Shown here piece by piece: positions 41,373 to 56,426 of a DNA stretch of 64,000 bases; the first letter of the stretch is position 1; the number at the start of each line of letters is the position of its first letter. Source of the DNA: the human T2T-CHM13v2.0 reference genome, Homo sapiens; assembly GCF_009914755.1 (NCBI RefSeq), contig NC_060932.1; one strand, 5' to 3'. Under the pieces are notes generated by a model. The model ran no database searches. It saw nothing but the letters and a program-made list of their open reading frames with translations, and was not told the DNA's origin. Position numbers and translations under genes: made by a program.

Positions 41373-43677
41373 TGACTGGTTTGGCTGTGTCCTCACCCAA
41401 ATCTCATCTTGAATTGTAGCTCCCATAATTCCCACATGTCGTGGGAGGGACCTCGCAGGAGGTAACTGAATCATGGGGGCAGGTCTTTCCCACGCTGTAC
41501 TCCTGATAGTGAATAAGTCTCACAAAATCTGATGGTTTTATAAAGGGGAGTCCCCCTGCACACGCTTTCTTGCCTGCCACCATGTAAGACATGACTGCTC
41601 CTCATTTGCCTACCACCATGATTTTGAGGTCTCTTCAGTCATGTGGAACTGAGAGTCAATTAAATCTCTTTTATAAATTACCCAGTTTCAGGTATGTTTT
41701 TATTAGCAGTGTGAAAACAGACTAATAAAGTAAATTGGTACCGAGAGTGGCGCACTGACGTCAAGATACCCAAAAATGTGGAAGCAACTTTGGAACTAAC
41801 AGGCAGAGCTTGAAACAATTTAGAAGGCTCAGAAGAAGACAGGAAGATGTGGGAAAGTTTGGAACTTCCTAGAGACTTGCCGAATGGCTTTGACCAAAAT
41901 GCTGATAGTGATATGGACAATAAGGTCTGGGGTGAGGCGGTGTCAGATGGAGATGAGGAACTTGTTGGGAACTGGAACAAAGGTGACTCTTGCTATGTTT
42001 TAGCAAAGAGACTGGTGGCATTTTGCCCCTGCCCTAGAGATTTGTGGAGCTTTGAGCTTGAGAGAGATGATTTAGGGCATCTGACAGAAGAAATTTCTAA
42101 GCAGCAAAGCATTCAAGAGGTGACTTGGATGCTATTAAAGACATTCAGTTTTTTGTATTCACAAAGATCTGGTTTGGAACTGGAACTTATGCTTAAAAGA
42201 GAAGCAGAGCATAAAAGTCTGAAAAATGTGCATCCTGATGATGCAATAGAAATAAAAACCCATTCTCTTTTAAAAAATTCAAGCCAGTTGAAGAAATGTG
42301 CATAAGTACCAAGAAGCTAAATGTTAATTGCCAAGACAATGGGGAAAATGTCTCCAGGGCACGTCAGAGGTCTTCACAGCAGCCCCTCCCATCACAGGCC
42401 TGGAGGCCTAGGAGGAAAAAAATGGTTTTGTGGGCTGGACCCAGGACCTTGCTGCTTTGTGCAGTCTCAGCACTTAGTGCCCTGCATCCCAGCTGTGGCT
42501 AAAAGAGGGCAACATACAGCTCTGGCTGTGGCTTCAGAGGGTGAAAGCCCCAAGTCTTGGCAGCTTCCACATGGTGTTGAGCATGAAGATGCACAAAAGT
42601 CAAGAACTGAGGTTTGGGAATCTCCACTTAAGATTTCAGAGGATGTATGGAAATGCCTAGATGTCCAGGCAGAGGTGCACTGCAGGGGTGGAGCCCTGAG
42701 GGAGAACTCTGCTAGGGGACTGCAGAAGGGAAATGTGGGGTGGAAACTGCCACAGAGAGTCCCCACTGGGGCACTGCCTAGTGGAGCTGTGAGGAGAGGG
42801 CCATTGTCTTCCAGACCCCAGAAGGGTAGATCCACTGAAAGCTTGTACCGTGTGTCTGGAAAATCCACAGATACTCAATGCCAGCCTGTGAAAACAGCCA
42901 GGAGGTGGGGCTGTACCCTGCAAAGCCATGGGGGTGGAGCTTCCCAAGACCACAGGAACCCACTTGCATCAGTATGACCTGGATGTAAGACATGGAGTCA
43001 AAGGAAATCATTTGGGAGCTTTAAGATTTGACTGGCCCACTGAATTTTGAACTTGTATGGGGCCTGTAGACCCTTCGTTCTGGCCAATTTCTCCCATTTG
43101 GAATGGATGTATTTATCCAATGCCTGTACCCCATAGTATTTAGGATGTAACTAACTTGCTTTTGATTTTACAGGCTCATAGCCAGAAGGGACTTGTCTCA
43201 GATGAGATTTTGGACTGTGGGCTTTTGAATTAATGCTGAAATGAGTTAAGACTTTGAGGGACTGTTGGGAAGGCATGATTGGTTTTTATGTGAGGATGTG
43301 AGATTTGGGAGTGGCCAGAGGTGGAATTATATGGTTTGGCTATGTCTCCACCCAAATCTCATCTTGAATTGTAGCTCCCGTAATTCCCACGTGTTGTGGG
43401 ATGGGGGTAATTGAATCATGGGGGCGGGTCTTTCCTGTGCTGTACTCGTGATAGTAAATAAGTCTCACAAGATTTGATGGTTTTATAAAAGGGAGTTCCC
43501 CTGCACACACACTCTTGCCTGCCACTATGTAAGACATAACTTTGCTTCTTATTTGCCTTCCACCACTATTGTGAGGCCTCCCCAGCCATGTGGAACTGAG
43601 AGTCAGTTAAACCTCTTTCCTTTATAAACTATCCAGTCTTGGGTATATCTTTATTAGCATGAGAAGTGACTAATACA
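41373..43677 (+). mobile_element. Complete THE1 (C/D-like) MaLR: LTR 41373-41729, internal 41730-43326, LTR 43327-43677
   Basis: Both LTRs begin tga.tggtttggct.tgtc; internal gtaaattggtacc and MaLR ORF remnant MWESLELPRD...; 5-bp TSD atctc (41368-41372, 43678-43682). Confidence 0.95.
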
Positions 43678-45369
43678 ATCTCCAAAGCTCACACCTTAAG
43701 AATAAAGTGTGGTAAAACCCAAAAGGGAGGATTGAAACTATCTTTGCAAAAATTAGAACAACTTGTGTCAACTTTTATAACAGTAAAAGAGGTCCAATCT
43801 AACCAACTCCAACTTGCCTTTAACCTCCAAATTGCCCTTGGTCATTCCTGGTATGGGCCAAGGCTAACTTTGGAAAAAAATATAGCTTATAGTTCAAATA
43901 ATAATAGCCCTTCCCAAAACTAAACCACCTTTATAAAACTAATAAATGTCCACCAAGTTAGGGGCCTAAATTCTGCTAAAACACAGGCATAAACAATTGT
44001 CCACCATTATTCTGGAGGTGACAAGATTCACAACTTCCTCAGTTACTTCTGTAAATAACATCACTATTATAAACTGAAGACTGGCCTTTTGAGGTGTCTT
44101 TTTAGGCTTCCGCACTTCTGACAACAGGATGGCCCCACCTGAGCCTGACTCTTAACTCGTTCTCTGGCCCCTACCCGAAAGTGGACTCAGTGCACAGGGC
44201 CATTTTCTACACCCCTATGATAGCATCCCCAACCAGTCAGCAGCACTCACTTCCTAGCCCCTGCCTGCCAAACTACCTTTTAAAAACCCTAGTGTCCAAA
44301 TTTTCAGGGAGGCTAATTTGAGTAATAAAACTCCAGTCTCCCATTTAGCCAGCTCTATGTGTATTGAACTCTTTAATTCTCCTGTCTTAATAATCAGCTC
44401 TATCTGGGCAGTGGGCAAGAAAAATACACTGAACAGTTACACCACAGCTTCTATTTCTACCTTATCTTTCTGCTTTTACAGTAGAAACCTTTATTATAGA
44501 CCTGGTTGGCCACATTTTATTGTAATTGTGTCTTCACTTTTCTACCTTCCCCACTGAGAGTCCCTCTAGTGTTATTTCTATCTCTGTAACCCCAAAGCCT
44601 AACAAATGCTTGATATCTAGCCTATTTTCTCTATTTGCTCAAAAAATGACTACACAGAAATTCAGAAAATTTAAATCTTACTTTCTCACTAATGATATAA
44701 GAGATTATATGGATAACAGAAAAATTGACGTAAAAAAATCACAAGAATTCAATAAACTTAACCTTAACTGTTTATGAAGGAAAGAACTTGGATAACTCAA
44801 AAGATATGAATCAAATGAGTCTAAGTTATGTGTTAGCTGAATAATTTTTTAAAGCTGCTGGTGGAGGTAGTAGTCAACTGAGGAAAAAAACTCACTAGAC
44901 TGAAAACTCATTTGTTTACACTACCCTGAAAAAAGTTCCTATTTGCATGACTTTTACCTTTTGCCTCAATTCTTCTTAATCCTTTTTTGGTCAGAGACCC
45001 CCTTGAGTACCATGAACTTTATAGTTTCTTCCTGCAAAAACCAAAAACAAGGTAAAAAACATATCTTTTTTAGAAAATTTCCCCAACCATCCCCACATGC
45101 AATGATTTCTTTAAGTACTCCTTTCACCACTCAGTTTGTGCTATAGTAATTTTTACATTGATATTTTACCCTGTAAGTATTGTATGGTTGTCATTTTTGT
45201 TGTATTTGTTGTCTCTCTACCTTCATTGTGTGCTCTGTAAAGACAGGAGCTAGGTAACTTTTAATACTCTGTTCTACTCTAGCCCATAAATGACCAACTC
45301 AATGTAGTCTGCCAAATACTCAAATACTGAAAGAGCTTCTCAATGCCTAAGAACAAGTTGGTGCCAGGT

Positions 45370-45620
45370 AATAATAGCTAATGCTTATTGTGTACTTACT
45401 ACCTACCAAGTGTTACTCTCAACACATAACTGTATTAAACTCTTTAATTTTCACAATCAACCCAATGAGCTAAGCTAGGCTATCATCATCCAAGTGAGGA
45501 AACTGAAACACAGCAGTAACTTCTTAACTTCTCAAGATCATGTATCCAAGAAGCAATGGCCCTGGTGTTTGAATACTAGTAGCTGGCCTTAAGAAAGGAC
45601 ATTCTTCAATTCTCTACTAC
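45370..45620 (-). mobile_element. MIR
   Basis: aataatagctaatgcttattg...gtgaggaaactgaaacacag, reverse MIR. Confidence 0.75.
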
Positions 45621-47999
45621 ATCACCTCAAGTCCTTGCGCAGAACAACTATCAACTGGGATGTTTTAAGAAGAGAATGACTTCTAACATGTCAATGAAAG
45701 AAATACAGGCCCATTTTGCCCTTAAAAATAATTGCTTTTTTCCCTTCCTTTTTGGCTTTATTATCTTCTTCCTCCCTCCTCTTCATTCTATCCCCATCAA
45801 ACCCCTGAACCCAGCTTTCCACCCCCATCAGAGTAATCCATCTTAAAGTAGTTTCCCTTCCATATTTTTATCCATACTAATTTAATCCTATATGAGGAGA
45901 TGCAGATATTCACATGCATACAAACCCACATATACATACATATACCAAGGAAGAAAGGGCATTTTCTTAAAAATGCAATATTTTTACAACTTTATGCATC
46001 TTCTTTCACAAAACAATACCTCCTGGTAACGTCTCTCACTGGAATACATCTAGTTCCTCCTTTCTGATGGCTACTCAATCTTCCTTGTGTGGATCTATCA
46101 CAATTTATTCATAAGGGAGTGGCTGAAAACAAAGTTCACTTTGTTTCCAGTTGTTTGACTCTAAGAACAAAGCTGCAATTAATATAAGACATCACAAATG
46201 CCAGTGGTGGAACATGAAGCAGGCAGGCTGAGTTCCTTGGAGGAAGCTTCTCTGTCTCTGGTCTTCCTGAATTCTCTTCTCACGCAGCAGGGAACACTCC
46301 CTCCTTCTCAGCCATTTGTTGGGGGTCAGGAAGGGAGAAGTGACATATTTTGGTGGGGCCAATATCAAATTTCTCTTCAGAAGCTCAAATTTGAAAGCGA
46401 AAGAGATCTTCAAGATCTGCTCTCCAGTCTTTTCCCCTGACACTTGCTGCCCCGTGTATGAAAAAATCCTGTCCTGGTTTTCTCTGCCAAGACCCCCACC
46501 AGAGAGCAAGGCCTTATATGCACTCGGCAGCAAGGGAGGGAAGGAAAAGCCCAGGTTCTATGTTCCCAGAACCTATTCCAAGTCCATCTAATAATTTAAT
46601 GCTCTGCTATGAAACCTACTTGAAATGCTCATTCCAAACAAAGCTGTTCTATTGTATATTTAAAGTAGAAATGTGATGATACAAAACCAGCTAATTTACT
46701 CAAAAATCAGAGTAATTAGCTGAAAAACAAAAACTAGTGGAAAATAACTCAGTTCCTGCCTTGCCTGCCAAGGTCAACTTAGGACAGGACTGTAAGAGTT
46801 AGAGTATGAAACAGGCCATGTTTCAAATCACTTTACTGAAAATGGCTTGATAATCAACAAAGACAGAACCAAAGGGTTCCCTCTTGGCTTCTCCTACTTT
46901 GTGGTGGTCATGAATTTTATGTCTCCTAGGATAAATGTACTTACATTGAAGCATACCACCCAAATTGCACTCTAAAATTTTTGTAATTTTGGAATTATTA
47001 TTTTTTGTCCAATACATATTCTAATCACTCTTCCTTACTGAACTTCACTGCATATTTTAAGATTTTCAAGTCTTTCATCCAGCAGGCTACCTTATAGAAC
47101 ACTAAGTCACTTTTAAGACAGTGATATCAGTTAGTAATTTGGATAATCAACTTGGCAGAGTGCTTAAATGTAAATTTACTATATACACATATCTTGTTTA
47201 ATATCACCATGCATATAATGCTACCCCTACAAATGTTAAATATTTAACTTAAAATACAGTATACCACTAATATACACTTTCCCCACACTCAGGATGCTAA
47301 TAGGCACTGTCAACCAAGAAGAGCAAGCATGGCAGACAGTATCGTACAACCTTGGATAACAAGCATACCACAATGTCAAAATGCTTATCTGATGAATGCT
47401 CCTCTACACCACCTTGGTGAAAGTAGTCTGCAACATGTGGCTATGTCTTGTGGCCCATTTTATAAACTAGCAAATAATTGTGGTCCAAAATGGCTAACAA
47501 AAGGTGTACAACAGTATTGGAGCTTCTACAAATAAACAAGGACAAATATTGTTCTTGGTGCTAAGATGAAAATGTTATGGCAAATGGAATGTGCCTTTTA
47601 GGAAACAGTCATGGAAATAGGGTAGAGATCAACAGAAAATTAGATTAGTTAAAGTCCTTTGACATTATGAAAAGCATCATAAATATTGCCACTGGCTGGG
47701 ACAAATGACTAACAACTGTTTGGCAGTTGGCATTTCATGACTTAAAGATATAGAAAAAAACTGGAGTGAGTGCCAATTTAAGACGTCAGAATAACTTCTC
47801 CTTAAAGCTTCTTCAAGAACCATAAGCACCCCATGGAGGGTCAATTATCAACATTCTCATTTTTAGGAGTACATCCTCCCTATCCCCTCAATCAAGGAGT
47901 GATTCAGGGGATTCAGGATATCCCCTGAATCCACCCTACATGACATGTAGGGTCTTTTCTCTACATGCATTAAAGTATAAAGACAAAGAAAGAAAAGCG

Positions 48000-50900
48000 A
48001 GAAGAAAGTAAAATATTACCTTTTATTTTCTCAGGCACACAAGTGATTTGGATACCAATTATCAAGACATTTTACTGATTTCCCTTTAGAATGATCTATT
48101 TTAAATCTTCAGCCACCTTAGAAAAAGTTTGCAGCAATCACTTTGCAATTCATAAGTATCAGGTTAGAATTTAGTTGTGGAATAAGTTAACAGTTTATGT
48201 TCAATATGTGAGGTTATTTGAACTCCTGAGTTTTAAATATCCTGTGGAACAGTGATTCCTCTCCCTTCTAATGGCTTTTCAGATTAAAGCAATGACTTTA
48301 AAAAGATTACATCCTAAATACTTGATTACAACAGAAATCGACCAATCTAAAAATCAGATAGTGTTATACTGAACATCATTCTGATATAATGAGTAGCCTC
48401 TGGCTGAAACAAAATTCCACCACCAAGGCCATCAACCAGGTTAGTACTGTTTTTCCTGGGGTCTATGTAAAACTCTCCTTTTCTCTGCAAATGCTGCTTG
48501 GCTGTGAACAGCATGGATTTACCTGCACCAATGTGGCACACACCTAGCAACTTTCTCAAGCATTCTAAAGATATCCCCAGAGCTAACAAATATTGACATA
48601 TGTCACAGCACCTTTCTCAAGAACAGTCCAAATCAGCAGTGCACATTCACACACACAGGAATGCTGGGGATATGCTTATACCTGCACCACTTAGTTACAA
48701 CAAGGGGAAATAAGAGTAACTAATGAACTTAATAGCTTCACAAGAAAAATGTTTTATAGTCATATACTTGACCCTATCAGGGAAAAGCCACCTAAAAGCA
48801 TGTGTAGCTGGTTACAAAGTGCATCAAGGGAGAGAATGGCTGGCTCTGAATAAACCCACAGTCACTTCTGAACATAAAGTACACATTCTAATGACAGAGA
48901 TTTGGTAATATTATTTTCACAAACCAAACAGTACAAATTTCAAGTTATTTCACAAATCAGATGATCAAATAAAAATGGACATGAATATGCTTAGTAAATT
49001 AGCATATACATTTTTTTTAAAGGTGCTATTGTAAAATAACCTACATGACAAAATTTGGCAAAGAGTAAACAAAATCATTAACAATAAACCAAAAAACATG
49101 TAAAACTTAAGAAAACTCCCAAAGAATTAAAAAAGAACACATATTTCATAGGATTCAGAAATTATATATCATTTTTAAGTGTGCATTAAGCAACTTTATA
49201 CTGCACTTTAACAGTCTGAGAAATTTGACATTTCATTTCTATAAATATACATGACTGGAGACATTTTATAAGTACATATGACTGACAGCAATATTTGGAC
49301 AACATAAAAGTATCCTGTAGATATGTGTTGCTGCCATAAATCTGGGATGCAGGATTAAAAATGGAGTAAATAAGGCATGACAATGCTTTGCACGATTTAT
49401 TGTGAGTGCAACTTAAAAACCCAGCAACCAAATTTACCCATCAAGTAGCAGGACTATAAGGGACTATTGTTTACTTGGATGCTGGAAATGCTGAAGAAAA
49501 GAAAAACCACAACCACAGATTGGTATTTTAGAAACAGTCAATCCATACTATTTTAAGAAAAAAATGGATGATTTATTATATAAAATTAAGATTGGCAGAA
49601 TACAGAAAATTATTTCTTTTACCTTTACATATTTATTGTTAAGTACCAAGCAAAGTGTAACAATTAGAAGAACTCATTACAAACTACCAAAATGTATTCA
49701 TTTGGTGAAATTATTCAAGTCACAAATGCTTAGTAAATAAATGTACTTCAAAATACGTGAAGTGTAAAACAAGTATGAAAACAGTGATCTTAAACAATGA
49801 TTCCTTTCACAAAAACTAACCAACAAACAAGAAGCACAAGAAAAAGGTTGTCAGGTTAGACAGAAAAAAATAAATCAAATGTATTGTTGGTTGGGATTGT
49901 TAAACTAAAATCATTAAACGAAAACCAGCAACTAGATTCAAAAGAGAGAAAAAAAACCGAAATGAGTAATTAGGATTCAAAAAGAATAAGGGTATTACAA
50001 TACTATATCTGTTTTCCTACTAATAGCAAGAAATGAGGATTTAGATGCCAATTATGTCCTGTAGACCCAGGTGCTCTCAAAGTATTTGCACTGGTCTTCT
50101 AGGTATGGACATATAAATGAACTTTACTGTTACTCAAAGGTGAGAAAACTTACGCATTATAAAGGAAAGGAAAACAATTATACCTGATAGAGCAAAAAGA
50201 TCACACATTAAAATGATCAAATTCATCTCTAGCATAAGACTAGAATAATCTGCTTCCAAAGAATTCCTTTGTACTTTAGTAGATGAGGGCAAAGCTTTCA
50301 CCGTAATGAAAAGGCAAATGGGAGGTCTCTGATAAGTTGGAATCATCATAGCAAAAAAAGAGATACCTACCAGAAAATTTGCATTAATATCTATAACCTC
50401 ATTTGTAAAAAAAAATCATTAAGTTTATAAACTATTTTAAAAATAAAATGAATACATATGTAATATGAATCATATGCCAAATTATATTCTATAGTCATAA
50501 GTGCTATTAATAAATACATTTGATTCATGCTACAAGAGAAAGAATTGAGACAATTTCACATTTCAGAATTCCTGAGTCTTATCAGAGAAAAACAAGTACT
50601 GAAAAAACAAACACAATAAACCTACTTAAAGTAGGGCAAATAACAAAATTTGGGCATATTTATAGTTTTAAAGCTGAAGACTATGGGAACAATATATATG
50701 TACTTCATGAAATTATAAACATGTTTTTAAAGCTTGGTTTTTAAAAAAGGCGTTTTGATCAAACAAGGCCACCTGAGTGACATCTTCAATGATGGTAAGC
50801 CCACCATTTTAAAGGAATAACATCTTTATTTAAAAGCCTAATTATTAATATAAAAAGGAAAAGAGTTTATTTTAACAAAATGTTTTAGTAAGATTGCAAT

Positions 50901-51679
50901 GGGACAGCCCTTTGATGAAAAATCTAAGGAGGGTAAAGCCAATGTAACTGAATTAGAACAAGAGTTCCAATTTTGAGCTACCATCCACCAAATAATTTCC
51001 CTTTTGCTTTGCATATTACACAGTGAAAATAAACAGTTATATTAAGAGCACTTCAGTCCCACAAGGTAGGATTTAAGCTTTGTGAATAGGTGTAAATGGC
51101 CCTGTAACAATATGATGCCTGCAAAAATACATTCAACTGAAAATTAATGTCTGTTCTTTAACTAGTAAGGAAACGGGAAGCTAAGTGGTCCCACTTAAAC
51201 AATAAAACAAAACAAAACAAAAACCACTGTTTATCCTTTCTGGAAAGACTACCAAAGCAAAGAACATCCAATAATATTATAAATTTAAAACTGCATACTT
51301 TTACTCATCTTTACAAGTAGGAAAGATGCATACAAACTACTCATGGGCTTTATAAATAAAGACACTAAGCAGAAATAATATTTGGGTTATTTCTCTGTTC
51401 GTAAATACACAGAAATAAAACAATTAAAAAACACTAAAGTGCAGACCTATAGGCCAATACAGGCATGATAAAGAGGTGCAGCCAAATTTGCATCTACATT
51501 TACACTTACATACCCAGAAAATGATTCTTGCTTTAAAAAAAAAAAATTGTGCAATTTAAAAACTAGTCAGTTTTGTTTGTGCTGTAATACAATTAGAACT
51601 TGTCTCTGCCCACTAGTGAAGTGACTGCTAGACCTTAGATAGCACACTAGGCTCTTGACAATCACGTATCTCATTAGAA
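48000..51679 (-). other. TMEM64: TMEM64 3' UTR (~3.7 kb, AT-rich, no recognisable interspersed repeat)
   Basis: Continuous repeat-free sequence from the stop codon to the AATAAA/DSE; the end position is inferred. Confidence 0.7.
48022..48027 (-). terminator. TMEM64: Distal poly(A) signal AATAAA of TMEM64; cleavage about 48000
   Basis: tttatt on plus; followed on minus by a U/GU-rich element (cttttctttctttgtcttt, ~47980-47998). Confidence 0.7.
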
Positions 51680-51958
<279 letters not shown>

Positions 51959-52603
51959 TCAAACAGGGTGCTTCTCAAAGATGGTAGGTAAAGGGTTATA
52001 CATTTTTAAATAGTTTACACACAGTTATTGTTTATTCTTTCCTTTGCTGCTTCTCCTGGTAGTGGAGGACCAAAGTCTACAGGTAACCATGACATGGTAT
52101 TAGGAAAACACACATTCCTTTTGGTTCACTTGATACAAGCCAAACCTGTCTCTTTGTACCAAAAAGCTTTCTTCAAGGAATAAAAAATGTCTACAATAGA
52201 GGTAACAGCTGGCTAAACTTTGTTGGTATAATTAATGTAGTATTATACCTTTGCATGACTATAAATGTCCATAGGTATTTCTAAGCCCACTTAGTGAGAA
52301 GCACTACTATTTGCAATGAACTACCTGGTGAAGACAAAATTAAAAGTATTACAGACCACTTAAAAAAATGAAATGCCAATAAACTTCCAAAGAATTAACA
52401 AGAGATTGTGAACAAGTAATTGCCTGTACTTAGGAAAAAACAAAATCAGAGGAAAACATGATGATTATTTAAAAATGTTAGTCAAAGGGATACTAGAAAA
52501 ATCATCACACTGATCAAATTGAAAGTCAGGTTTCTAGTCTTAGCTTAGCTATTCACTAGTGATGTGTGATTTAGGGAAGCTTCAGTTTCTCATTGTCCTA
52601 TAG

Positions 52604-52935
<332 letters not shown>

Positions 52936-53479
52936 AACTTTAGCATTCTATGTACAGTTCCTCAGAATGTCTAAGCAGTGTACATTTTCTAAATGAGTTT
53001 TATTCCAAAGTTCATTTGTAAATCAGTTCTTTAGGATTTGGAGCAAACACAGCAGGTGTTATTTAATGTCCCAGCAAGTTTACAAAGGCTGCTGTAACCA
53101 AAAGTGATACGGAAATATAATACAATTTCAATGAAATCTACCCATAATTATAACATAAGCTTTAAAGGGAAAGTATTCTAAATCCAAGTGCTGAGGGTGG
53201 TTGGGGGAGGAGATAACAGAAGCAGAGCATACTGGGGGTATGGTAAGTGTGAGAGGGGAGGAACTTGGAACTTGCACAAGGGGGTGCCATTAAATGAGTA
53301 CCCATCACTCAGTAAAATCGTAAATAAGTTAGGCATCTTAAAGCTGGGTCTTTAAATTCTGTAACTGTTTTCTGTTACTTCTCTTAAAAGAAACAAGATA
53401 TATTTACCGAAAACTCCTAAGTTTGCTATGTATCAACAAATGGAAACACCATGTAAAGAGATGAAAAAAATATGGGGGC

Positions 53480-54500
53480 GGGGGCGGGTGCTTTGTGAAT
53501 TAGATGCTACCTTCTGTTTAAGACATGCTGAATTCGAGGTGCCTCTTAGATATCCAAAAAAGTTCATGGATGTCAGTGAAGGGGTCTGAAGCTATGGAAA
53601 GAGGGCTGAGCTAAAGACAAGTGCTGGGGAGTAGGATGAGGGCAGGCGGAGGGTCTTGACCCAAATACACATATTAGCAACCATCAGAGTAACTGGATTT
53701 GCTGTAAAAAAGTTTTCAGAGTAGGACTAGAAAACTTAAGCTAGGATCTTCAAAAACACAGATATAAGGGGTGAAAGGAAGAAGTTAAGCATAAGCTAGG
53801 CAAGTGGAAAAAAAAAGTTAAGACAGTGGTATCAAAGAAACTAAGGAAAGAGTGTTTTAATAATGAAGGCACTGTCAGGAGTCTTAGACTACTAACAGGT
53901 CAAGCTAGATGAGAAATGGAAAGTACATCTCATTTAGACAAGCTTACTGACAGCCCTAAGAAGAGCAGTTTGAGGGAAGGAAGTGGCAGGGCCACAGATA
54001 GCAAGGGTGAAATGGTTACATCTTTAAGTGGGACTTTCCCAGCTGCACTTCTGATCCCAGGGCCTGACGATTTGTACTGTCCCCCAACACACCTTCCCCA
54101 TCTTCCTTAGCTGAGTGAAGTGTTAAAAAGGGTTTAGAAAATGGAAATAGATAGTACAGACAATTGTTTTAAAAGTTTCCTTATTAAAATGAAATCAAAG
54201 AATCAAACACAGGCAGAAGGTCAAGCCTCATACAGAAAGACAGGCATCTCTTAATGCTAACTGGAAAGCAAGCTAAGCAGGGGCAGGAACATAAGAAGTT
54301 AACAGATTTCTTATATGCAAATTCAGGGGTTTCTCAGTTGAAGGCTTCTGATTTTTCTGTTAAGCAAGAGAGGTAATCTGCTGACAATAAAGATGGAAAC
54401 AGGCGAAGGAGTCAAAATTGTGAGGAGAAGTGAAGATAGTTTAAAATAATTAACTATTTCAAGACAACAGCAGGGGAGTGAGAAGACAAAGGAGAGAGAT
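53480..54500 (-). mobile_element. L2 remnant
   Basis: tttaagacatgctgaattcgaggtgcctcttagatatccaa...gagggctgagctaaagacaag, reverse L2; boundaries approximate. Confidence 0.6.
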
Positions 54501-54718
54501 GGGATGTGGGGCAGTGTCGAGAAACTAGGTGAAGATTTGCAACCATGAGTTAAATATCAATGTGTCTGGTTACATGACTTCCCCAAAAGAATAGGGGCAA
54601 AGCAGATAAAACTTGGATGTATTCAGGTTTGGGGTTTTGGTTAGTGTAGATACATAGAAAAATAACAGGCATGGAAGAGTAACTAAATAGACCACAGAAT
54701 CTAAGCTGGATTTCAGTA

Positions 54719-54951
54719 CAGTTTGAGCATTCCTAACACAGAAATTCCAAACCTCAAAGGCTCCAACCCGAAGTTTTTGAGCACTAACAAGACACTCAAA
54801 GAAAATGCTCATTCGAACACTTTAGATTCCAGACATTTGGATTAGGGATACTCAACAGGTAAGCACAATGTAAATATACTGAAATCTGAGGAAATTCAAA
54901 ATCTAAAACATTTCTGGCTGCAAGCATTTCAGATAAGGGATAATCAAACTG
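54719..54951 (+). mobile_element. Tigger4a/Zombi-type MITE
   Basis: TIRs cagtttgagcattcc...gggataatcaaactg flanked by TA on both sides. Confidence 0.85.
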
Positions 54952-56112
54952 TACAAGAAATGGTTGTGGCTTCCTATGAACAGTTATTTTGTATTGCTTT
55001 ATTTTAGGCTGACAGCCATAAAACTCAGAGGCAAATTTGTGGCTCGTTTCTAGAAAATAAGAGGAATCTCATGAATATACTTATTCTGCTAGCTTTAACC
55101 TAAGCTCTCTTTTTTTCCTTTTGTATATATTTTGTAAGCTGCATTAAATGCCTCCTGATACAAATTAAGCTGTAACTAATATCAATTAAATCAAACAAGC
55201 GTAAACATGTCTTCACTTCTTTTCATAAATCCCTAGGCTAAGAAATATGTGCTTTCCCCACTGTCTTGTATTCTAAGCTTAAATTTTCCAGCTTAGCCAA
55301 AGGGTGAGAAATCACTGAATAAAAGAAGATTCTATAGTTTAAAAAGCATCATGAACTTCATTGACTATAGTTGAGTAATTTACTAAGATGCATAAAAATA
55401 TAAAGTTTCAAATAGTAAAAGTTCTCTCTAAGCTACTAACAATGAGGGATTCTAATTACTCAAATGTAAAGTCAAAGGGAAAAAAATGTTACAAATAGAT
55501 TACTTATTTTCAGGAAACTACAAAAAAAATGCTTAACTTCATACTAAAAAAATCTGAGAATGCAATACATATTAGATAATTTTACAGTTCTTTGGGACAA
55601 TCATAAATGTTAATTTATATACTGTGCTATAGATATAATGCATAGAAAGTTTAACTTTATATGATTAGCATGCTGTATTATATAAATAAACCAACTGTAA
55701 CAAAAACATTTAACTTAGATTCAGATTATCTGAAGAAAATATAGCTCTGGGGAAAAAAAGTAAAGAAAAATAAAAACTGACTCTTTGCATGTCAAAAATA
55801 TTACAAAATTTTTCTTAAAGCAAGTACTCTTATTGATAAGCTTTATTTAGGCAATATTTCAATGTAAATATTCATGGTTTTACTTTATGTACTAAACTTG
55901 TACCTCATAAGCGCAAAGAAAATTAACTCTGGCTTTATTTTATCATAGTATTTTAAATAAGATAGGGCCTCAAAAACTTGAGAATAATGCCACCAAAATT
56001 AAATTTGTAATACGGTACCATATACTCAATAACAGTTAAGTTAAAACTAACAAGTTAAAAGACCAGTAAGTCTGGAGGACCATTTCATTAGTATTATTTG
56101 CTTAGAGGAGTA

Positions 56113-56426
56113 TAGTGTTGTCCCCTGTATCTGTGGGGTATTGGTTCCTGGAGCCCCCCAGATTTCAAAATCTGTGTATACTCAAGTCCCTTACATAAAA
56201 TGGCATGATAGTTGCATATAACTTTTGCATATCCTTCCATGCTTTAAATGATTTCTATATTACTTATAATACCTAATATGATGTAAATGCTATGTAGTTA
56301 TTGTAATACTTTTTTGTGCTATTTTTTATTGTTGTATTGTTATTTTTAATTTTTTTCCCAAATATTTTTGATCTGTAGTTGGTTGAATCCATGAATGTGG
56401 AACCAATGGATACAGAGGGCTGACTA
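56113..56426 (+). mobile_element. MER2 (Tigger-derived) inside a MIR
   Basis: gtatctgtgggg...ctcaagtcccttacataaaatggc...ttggttgaatcc...ggatacagagggctgact. Confidence 0.85.

Noticed and set aside
41678-43011. 152-aa and 218-aa ORFs, among the longest in the window
   Set aside because: Broken remnants of the THE1 internal ORF; no sign of domestication.
46192-46676. GC-richer patch with four overlapping ORFs
   Set aside because: No recognisable protein or splice structure; probably an unclassified old repeat or regulatory DNA.
53474-53489. gggggcgggggcggg as a G-quadruplex or Sp1 promoter
   Set aside because: Only three G-runs, isolated in AT-rich intron with no CpG island.
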